Below, one piece after another: positions 51,521-60,000 of a stretch of 60,000 nt of DNA. Each line of letters opens with the position of its first letter. Position 1 is the stretch's first letter. The translations under genes were made by a program, and so were the position numbers. This DNA comes from Lama glama (lineage: Eukaryota): the NCBI GenBank assembly GCA_028534125.1, contig CM052832.1, positions 24,430,001 to 24,490,000 on the forward strand, written 5' to 3'. The notes under the pieces were generated by a model, which was not told the DNA's origin, made no database searches, and worked only from the letters and a program-made list of their open reading frames with translations.

Positions 51521-52427
51521 CTCTGAAATCAGGGTTTGGGGTCTTGGTGATTCTGGCTGTGGACCTCTGGTTTGCCGTGAGGATGAAAAGGTGAATGTAT
51601 GTGAGTGGTTTATAAAGCGTTGCTTTAAAAAGAAGGTGCTTGGGGATTTCACCGGCGTGGGCTGTGTTTGGCCGCGCGCACCCTGTAGTGTTTTCAGTTA
51701 GAGCATGACCTTCTCGGGGGTAGGAAGCACGTGGTCCCAGTAGCTTGCCGCTCCCAGCACAGCCTGACGGTGGGCTGCTCTCTGGGACTGTGAGGCGCGT
51801 CTAGAAGGTTCTGAGAAACTTGAGTCTGGCAATGTGTCTCCAATGAACATGTTCAGAGGAAGAGACCCCCCATACAGCTCTGGTGGCCGCAGCCCTCTTT
51901 TCCTTCTCGGAAAAGGGAGGAAAAGCAATGGCTTTCTTTCAGCTGGAGACTTAATCCCCAGCCCTCTGGGGTCGTGTGAAATTTGCCAACCTCGGGAGCT
52001 AGACTTGAGCTCCCTCCTTCCCTCCTGAACCTGCAGAGAGCCTTTAAAGCAGTCTCTGGAAATTTTTTAAAACTTGGATCTCGGGGTTAGTTCCTTATGT
52101 GATGCAGATTAAACCGTCTGCTGCTGTCGCTCCCTTATCTCCCTTTGTCTCTCAGGCTTCCTCTTCCAACATTCACATCATCTCGGTTCTTTCCCACACG
52201 TTATCTCAGTCACCGCGGCTTCCTCACGGGATTACTCAGTCCGCCTGATATGTGGCCCCCAGTGCCTCTCTGCCAGGCCCATGTTCCCGCGCTGCATTAC
52301 AGGTCCCCAGGGGGTCGCTGACTCAGGAGGGGATGAATGGAATTGTGGGCACACCATTTTGGGGAAGTGCAAAGTGCAGAAGTGGGGTGCTCTGGTTACT
52401 TATGAAGACATCTGCAGTTAGCCCCAC

Positions 52428-52819
52428 TGTGGGGGTGCAGACACGAGATCTTAAAAGATCCACCTAAAAAATGATTTCCCAGGCACCACAACGTACGCCT
52501 GTGTTCAAGATGGCTGTCCTCTTGCTCTCTCTACATGGCCCCTGCTCGACCAGGCTTTGCCTGGCTCACATGACTATCCAATCCTCTTAATTAGGGGGCC
52601 TAAGTAGGTCCCTGGTAACTGAGCCCACCTGACACCAATTCCCCCTATAAATGGAAGCCTCCTCCTCCCCCGAGTGGTGGGGGTTGGTGTTGCCTCCTGC
52701 GCGCCGTCTGCCGCACACGGTGGGATGTCGCTCCAGGACCTTTGTGTAAGGTTTCCCCCTGTCCAATAAGCCGCTGGCGTTTCTGTCGCTGTCTCTGGGC
52801 TCTTTCTTTGCCGATAACA
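52428..52819 (+). mobile_element. Solo ERV-type LTR
   Basis: TG...CA ends (tgtggggg...ataaca); CCAAT at 52578 and 52635, TATAAA at 52646, poly(A)-like AATAAG at 52765, in U3-R-U5 order. TSD not clean; family not identified. Confidence 0.7.
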
Positions 52820-55800
52820 CTCCTTTGTTGTAGGGTTCACTCATCTCCAGATAAAGGAATCATTTTCTACCTGGTAATTGTTCAGGGCCCTGTTTTGGAA
52901 GTTCATGTAGTCAGCCAAGCAGTCGTGCGTCCACGCTCTTCACACACTAGCTGTGCACCTAGTAGGTGCCAAAGGGCCAGGAGCTGAGCTTCCTTACCTC
53001 CTGGCCTGCACACCTGTGCTGACTTACAGGAGGGGTTTAATGTTTCATTTTTAACCTTTTCTCTTACAGTTTTCCAAAGAAATTAGTCCGTTTTCTGGGT
53101 GAAGAGGAGACCAATCTGCTGTTCTCACAGGGTGAGTGAGCCTTTGACTCTTCTGTATGTATTTCTACCCACATCAATAGTTTATCCAGTTATTGTGATG
53201 CTCCAAAAAAAGTGCTTGATAAGCACTCATTCTCTCCAAATTTTCTCCCACCTGGAACCAGGCTGTTCTTTTTACTCATCAAACCTCCTCTTCCCTTCAG
53301 AGCTGAGTGCTTCTGTCTTGTGTTTTTTCTGCCATTTCTTTTGGCTGTTCACACGTTTCCTCTCTTCTGAGTTGTTACCGCCATTGCTATTACCTTGTTC
53401 AGCTCCCAGAGTGGATGAGAGAGGAAGCTTCCTTTTTTTTTTTTTTTCAGTAGCTGATGCACAGAAACATGGCCGTGGGCAGGGAGACCCCATTCATTGT
53501 GTTCATGTGACATACTGTTTTATTTTGACACCACGGCAGAGAATAATAGGGTGTGAGCACTAGAGGGACCTTATTGCTCATCTGGCAAAGCCCCCGTGTG
53601 CAGACGGGGCAGTCAGGCCCCTTAAGCCCTTCCCGCCCCCGGTCTGAGCCTAGATTGTGAGCGAGGCATTTGACTCCCAGCTGCTGGCGGTCATCCCCTA
53701 CCCTCCCACCTCCCCGCGCACAGAGCTGCCTTTTGAATCTCAGTGCCTTCTGAGGATACAGCTAGAGGTGGTTCAACCTGATGTTATACCAATCAGCTAA
53801 CGCTAGCACCCCTCCAGTGCAAGTGTTGGGAGTGATGTCCTCCGGCTGCTTAACTTTCTAGTAATCACCCTTGGCTACTGCCACGAGAGATTAATGGAGT
53901 GGATGTGCCCAGAACGCTCCCCCGATGGACCTCATCTCAGCATATTTTTCGTTTCCTTTGCGCCTTTCCCAAACCACGGCATTTGCAATACCCCGTGTCA
54001 CATGCTGAGATGCGGGGTCCACCTGTTTTGCAGCTAGAAGCCACGGTGCACCTGCGGGTGTGTGCCGGCCAGCTGCAGGCCGGCGCCCCCCCCCCCCCGC
54101 TTCGGGGCTGCCTGCACCTGCAGTGTGACACTTAACAGGTTTCTTGCAGTGCGGTACAAATGTGACCCCGGTCACGGACACTCTCGGAGAAACACTGCTT
54201 CACAGAAGCATTGATACTTTTTACACGAGAGCCTGGTTGTGGGGTATGATGGAGAATGTGCTCACGTGGGGTCCCAGGAGGTTCTTCCTGTGGTTCTCCT
54301 GAGACGCTTGTGTCCGGTCTGGGTGACGTTCATTTAGGCTGATGATCTCAGTGCACGTATTTCCAAAACATTTCTTCTCGTCTGGGGATTGATCTAAGTG
54401 TGGTATTGAGAGTCTGGGTCCATTATTTTATCCCACTTGTCAACTTAATCACTTTATCTTAACAAATGGAGCCTTCCTTCTGCCCTTCCTGGAGTCACTA
54501 ATAAGGAACTTGATAAATCTTATCGGGGAACAGATCGTCTGCTTTCTGCCAACGTACTGTATGAAATTTAAAACGTGGGTTGCTGATTGCTGAGGGACGG
54601 TCCCCCTGCTCAGTACTCGGTAGGCATGAATGTGCATCATTAGAAGTGTGAACCTGAGGATTTCCATTCCCTCATCTTCTCCAAGGAAAGCCCGAAAAGT
54701 TTATCCCCGGAGCACAGCACACTAAAACGCTGGACCTTGCGATCTGCTGCGCGCTGGGGAATCTGAGGGTCTCTGTGGAATCAGATTGATAAGGCCCTCA
54801 GCTGTGCCCTGTTTTAGTCTTAGGAGGAGGGGAAACGTGCCAAGGTCCATGCCTACCTTGTGCTACTCTTTAAGTGAATAAACTGGTAGGAGTGTGAGGC
54901 GAGAAGCTGTAAAGCGAGAAAACAAGGACCACCTGACCTCACGTCGACCACTCTTGGCAACTTGGGTCTCCTACGGGGTCTTAAGTAGTTGGAAGTCGAC
55001 CGTCAGGAGGCATCAAATCATTACCTCAAATACTACAAGCTGTTTGCTTTTACCGGTTGAGGGGTGGGGAACTAAACACACGCCAGAGCCATGTGTGTCT
55101 TAAAAAGCAGCCCAGAGGCTGACCCCCGTGCCTTAGGTTGGTACCACACAGGTCCACGTGCCGCACACGTGAGCGCCTTGTAAAACACGAGTCGCCGGGC
55201 TCCACCTCCTGGTGTGCGGCCGGGCTGGACCCTGAAAAGATGCCTCTGCTGTCTCCAAGGTCGAATGGTGCTCGCCATCAATGGTATCCCTTTAAGGGAA
55301 ATCTAGGGAAAGGCTCTTGCCAGCGCTGCGATTTTATTTGCTGGAGGCCAAGGAACAGTGGCGTGTATTGGTTCCATAGCAACATGTCTGTGCAGCCAGA
55401 AAAGAATAAAATGAGTGTGGCAGCCGGGGTATCCTGGGCAGGATGAGCACAGCCCTGATGGCCCCTTTTATTTTCCACCTTATTCTGAGCTGCCTTTGCC
55501 CTCCTGGAGAGCGTGGGCTGCGTAATTGTTACTGTCGATCTCTGCTGTGAACACTTGCCTCCTGTCCCCACCCAGCTGGGGACCTGATGAGGGAGAAGGC
55601 AGGGTCTGCAGTAAAATTCTGCAGGCCCCTGGGTGTGCCAGCAGGGCTGGCAGAACCTCCCTGCCCTAGCAGACCCGAGTCGGTGGATACTCTGTTCTTT
55701 TCATCATCCCTGTGAGAATGGCACTGTGGGCAGAGCGCTTCCTGCACATCGCGGTCCGCTGCTCCTGGCTGGAAATTAGGCACTGACATGGGGCTCTGTG

Positions 55801-57339
55801 AGATCTCGGGAAACAGAGGACCCATTTAATGTGCTCCATACGCATTGAGGGGGCCCTTCCTGGGGCAGCGTGAAGTCCCCCACATGGTGGGGCTGCACCG
55901 AGAAATACAGTGCACATGGCATGGCTTCGAGGAGCTTCCCCCGGAGGTGCTGTTTCTAAATGCAGTTGCTCCAGGGTGTGTGGTTGGGGTTTTAACATGT
56001 CTCTGATGTTTTCTCATCTCTGAAATCCTCTGTGAAACCATTGTAATCACTCTTGATTTCAACGGATGCTCTGTCTCCCTGAACTCCTGAAACATCTTAA
56101 AAATCTTCGCCATCTATTTGACATTGGTTTTTGTGTTTTTCCTTTTTTGATACATCATGCTTTTTGGGGCCTGAGCAGTCTTTCTAGGTAGAGGGTAAGA
56201 CCTTTGAGGTCAGGAGCCATCTATCTTGTTCTTTATCTTTTTTAAAAAAAATTTCTCTGATGCTCAGAACTGAACCCCGTAGACACTAACGTGTCGTTAA
56301 TATTGCTTGATGATAATGCTATGGTCTCATCCGATCTCATCAGGAAGCTGTGAGGCAAGTGTGTAAATGTATTGAAAATGCTTTTAAATTCTTCAGAGAA
56401 AAGATAAACTCAAGAAACTCTTTTAACTGGTGTGGTTTAAAAAAAAAAAAGTAGATGTGAAATCACAAGGTAAGTATATCTAAAGACTTCGCATTTCCTT
56501 GTCTTCCTCTTTGTGGCTACCGACCATGAACTGTGTACCCCAGGGTTTTCAGTGGCACTGAAGTCGTCCTCCGCCTCGTCACCCCCAGGGTTCACTCCTT
56601 CTATGGAATTTGCCTTATACTTTGTGGGCCAGACTTCTCAGTCAAACCCCTAGTAATGTCTTTGAGCTACTAAGGAAGAGATTGGAAGGAATTTTCATTA
56701 AGGTGACAGGTCTGATAGATTATGATAGTGGTTCCTAATTTAGTTTTGAGGTCCGTTTGGGGAGAGGAGGTTTTTATCATATAAAACTTTTATTTGAAAA
56801 GAGTACTCTTTTCTTCTCAAGTTCTGAGCCAACCAAGAAACAAGACAAGAAGGCAGATGGAGGCCGGGATGCACCTATGTGACGGATAACAGTTAACTGA
56901 GTTAGAGTTTGTGTTTTAGGATGAGAGCCAGCAAGAGCTTCCCACCTCCTCACACCCCGACTGGGCCTGGGCACAGCCCGCCTGCAGGGAAGGTTTGCGT
57001 CCCGAGGCCACTGTGGCCCTGAAGAAGGAAGGCAAAAGAGACCAAACCCCCCCGCCCCCCAGGTGCTCAATGTTTCAATGCTACCCAGTGATAGATTAAT
57101 TAATCTAATTCTACCCGGTGGAGTTAACATTCCCCCAAGGAGAGGCGTGGTCCATGCCAGCTTTAGCTCCCAGCCAGGTAACTCGCCCTACATCCCTGGG
57201 AAGAAAAAAAGAATGGAGTTAGAGGCCGGGAGGGTTTAGGGAAAATCCTTCCGGCAGAAAACAGAGTGGTGGGCGTGGGGTTTGCCTCTGGCTCTTTCTC
57301 CTGGCTCTCACCGTCTACACTTTGGTTCCCAGTCTCCAT

Positions 57340-57545
57340 CTAACCATCTTACCCACTGTGTTTTCTTCATAGCTCTTGGGTTTGTGTATCTGTCCACTGG
57401 ATTATCATTTGCTGCCTCTGTTAGAATGTTAGCTCACTGAAAGCAGAAACCTCATTGGTGTCATTTACCGCCGGATCCCAGTGCGTAAAGCGACACAGGC
57501 ACATAGGAGGCACTTGATAAGTACTTGTTGAATGAGTACGTGACT
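57340..57545 (+). mobile_element. L2 3' end
   Basis: ttagaatgttagctcactgaaagcaga...atcccagtgc...ggcacataggaggcacttgataagtacttgttgaatgag. Confidence 0.85.
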
Positions 57546-57650
57546 AAATGTTGTTTTATGCCTCTTCTCACACTTCTTAATTGCCTGGATGTCCTGTGCC
57601 CCGTCTTGCCTGGCACACACCTAGTCATGTCATAAGACTCAGTTCAGTTC

Positions 57651-57820
57651 ATGCTATACACAGACTAGGTGAACGACAAGGTCCTACTGGGCAGCACAGG
57701 GAACTATATTCAATGCTTTGTAATAACCTATAATGAAAAAGAATATGAAAAAACCTATCTAGCTGAATCACACCAGAAATGAACACACTGTAAATCAAAT
57801 GTACTTCAATTTTAAAAATA
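57651..57820 (+). mobile_element. Cetartiodactyl-type L1 3' end (short)
   Basis: acaaggtcctactgggcagcacagggaactatattcaa...taataacctataatgaaaaagaatatgaaaaa...ctgtaaatcaa...acttcaatt; same family as 38215-38451. Confidence 0.85.
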
Positions 57821-58099
57821 GGTGAAAATGAGATTTTAAGACACTGTTTCACAAGTATTAAAACTGAGTTAAAAGTACGCACACACACGGCTCAGTTCAG
57901 CTGTCACATTCTCTGTGGAACTTTCTGGCTTCCCTTCATCCAAGGGGAAGGAGCACCTGCTCATTTGTAACCAGTTGCCAAGAGCTGTACACTTGTGTGT
58001 GAGCATGCATCTCTGTGTGTGAGTGTGCATTTGCGTATTCTCCCTCTTTCTGGATCTGGCTCTGTAACACTTGCATTCACTCATTTGTTGCTGTGCTTA

Positions 58100-58420
58100 C
58101 CATCTTAACTGGTTGTAAACTTGGAACTGGGCAACCCCTTATTCATCCTTGTTTCTCTAACATCTGCCATGTAGTAGGTGCTCAGTAAATAGTACTAGCA
58201 TTCTAAGTACTTTCAACATGCCAGGTACTGCTGTCTTAGTGCTTGAAATAACTTTCTAAGTGCCTTCCGTATATTAGCTTGTGTAATACTCACAACACCC
58301 TTACAAGATACGCTTAACTCTCACTTTACAGATGAGGAGACTAGGGCATAGAGAGAGGCAGGGACCAGCCCACGGTCTCCCAGATAGTCTATTTCCAGGG
58401 CTGTTATTCCTTGCTGCCTC
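58100..58420. mobile_element. L2 3' end (+) abutting a MIR (-)
   Basis: catgtagtaggtgctcagtaaat, then atgccaggtactg...ctcacaacaccct...ttttacagatgaggagact. Confidence 0.75.
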
Positions 58421-60000
58421 TCAGAAGGATTGTATAAATGGACAAATGGATGAATGGGAATCCTTTAGAAGCCCAGGCCTATGTTATTAAATAGGGCCAC
58501 AGACTTTGGGATCAACACGAATAAGTAAGAAATGGTCACCAGGCCAACCTGTGATTAGCCACGGTTGACAGAGAATCCTGAGGCTGTGGCTGACGTCAGT
58601 CCCCAGATGAGTCCCTCAGGTCTTATGGCAGCTCTCCACTTAATCCCTAATTATCCCGTGCCAGCAGAGGGGTATTAGTTAATGAAAGTAAATAATTGTC
58701 ATTATGTTTGGGGAGATTCTTTCCTAATGGGAAAATATTAAGTTGTCAGTTCTGAGTTAACCAGTGGCTGCGTGCAGGGCTCACTGTGAGATTTGCTGGG
58801 GGCGGGGGATGGCAGACAGGAGGAAATGAATTAGAGTGAGGAGGAGAGCAGTAAGTATATACCGTGGTTACTGTAGCCAGGTGGGGTGGGGGCATAGCAC
58901 GTGTCAGACCAAAGAATGGGGCCTCTCAACCACGTCTCCGTATGTAATATTTGATCAGGAGAAACCTGAGTGCTAGGGGGACCTGTGATGACAGCTCCTA
59001 ACAGATTCCTAGGAGATGGAGCTTGTTGGTTTCTGGTTTGGGGCGGGGGTGTGGGTAGTGGAACAGGAGGGGTCTGAGTGCCCTGCCTGTCCCTGTTTCA
59101 GTGAGGACAGGGCAGTGCTGTGGGACAGGGTCCTCAACTGGGGGTTGGTAATCACTGGAGAATGTTCAGCAAGCTGATGACGTAACCAACCATGTCTCCG
59201 TGAGATTAGCTTTACAGCTGTGTTCGTGGGCCCAGGAGATGGGGGCGGGGGGGGGGGATACCAGAGCCTGGGGCCCTGGAGGTGATTACAGGCAGAAGGA
59301 GATAAGATTTTGAAAACTGGGAGCATTACGAAGGGGCCGATGTGGTCGACAAGACAAAGAGTTGATCAAAACAGGACGATTGCTTGGACATAAACAAGGG
59401 AAGGAGTTGGGGAGATAACTGATTCTTTGAGCCCAGGAGGCTGTTGGGGGTGCCCTATTGTTTTGTATTTTTTGAGCTGATTTTAGTAACAGTGTTCTGT
59501 GAGTTGAGTCTTCTTGGGTAGAATTGGGGAATAGCCTTAGGCCAAGATAAGTCCCCTTTGAGTAACTGAATGTTGTCTTAACCCCAACCTTTTCACATCT
59601 CTTCCTTCCCTGCCTTCCCAAAGTTTGGGATCAGTTCTTAATTCAGCCGCAGAGTCATCAGGCTGAAATTTCACCTCCATCCTGGCCCTCTAGTGGAGAT
59701 AAAGTGGTTTAAGTGTGGGCGAGAAAGTAGAATTAAATGTTGCCACACCTAGCCCCTGGTAAGAGAGGGCTCACCGTCCACACCGTGAGAACTGTCACTC
59801 TCTCCTGCTGGCTTGTCTCACTATCAGACACAAACTCCCCACAGCTCTGGGAACCGCGTGGTAACGAACATTTTGTTGGTCAAATTTTTGCAAGCTGGCA
59901 GTTCTTCTGGCCTTACGAGGCCCCTGAGCACTGCCTTCTTTCTCTGTCTTTTTGGTCTGACAGGACAGTGGCAGTTTTGATGTGAGAAAAGAAGAAAGCC

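Larger units (their letters stand above)
4850..60000 (+). other. Long intron of the + strand host gene
   Basis: Begins at the GTAAGT donor. No coding exon found downstream. About 9 of 12 L1 fragments and both young SINEs are antisense, as expected inside a + strand gene. Confidence 0.6.

Noticed and set aside
1..60000. CRISPR arrays, operons, defence systems or other prokaryotic-type systems
   Set aside because: The sequence is mammalian intronic DNA, with no repeat-spacer array or gene-dense region.

Overview
Mammalian, not prokaryotic, genomic DNA. It is most likely camelid (camel/alpaca/llama): it carries tRNA-Ala-derived SINEs of the camelid type and I saw no Alu, Bov-tA/BovB or PRE-1 elements. 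I find no credible protein-coding exon; the ORF track is explained by chance, simple repeats and decayed TEs. The window looks like the inside of a very large + strand transcription unit. There is one strong non-coding exon at 4720/4726-4849, followed by >55 kb of intron filled with MIR, L2, L1M, MLT1/ERV LTR and DNA-transposon relics, with most L1 fragments antisense. The exon resembles my recollection of a 5'UTR exon of LPP; this is tentative and needs BLAST. The most notable unexplained structures are: a pre-miRNA-sized hairpin made by an inverted duplication inside an old L1 (44161-44287); a candidate recursive splice site with RS-exon (13895-14001); a TSD-flanked, poly(A)-less internal L1 ORF2 insertion (15417-15811); a solo LTR with promoter motifs and a downstream cryptic exon (52428-53137); and an intronic (AAG)11(AGGAAG)4 tract. 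I see no evidence of a wholly new multi-gene system. Repeat subfamily names and boundaries are by-eye estimates.
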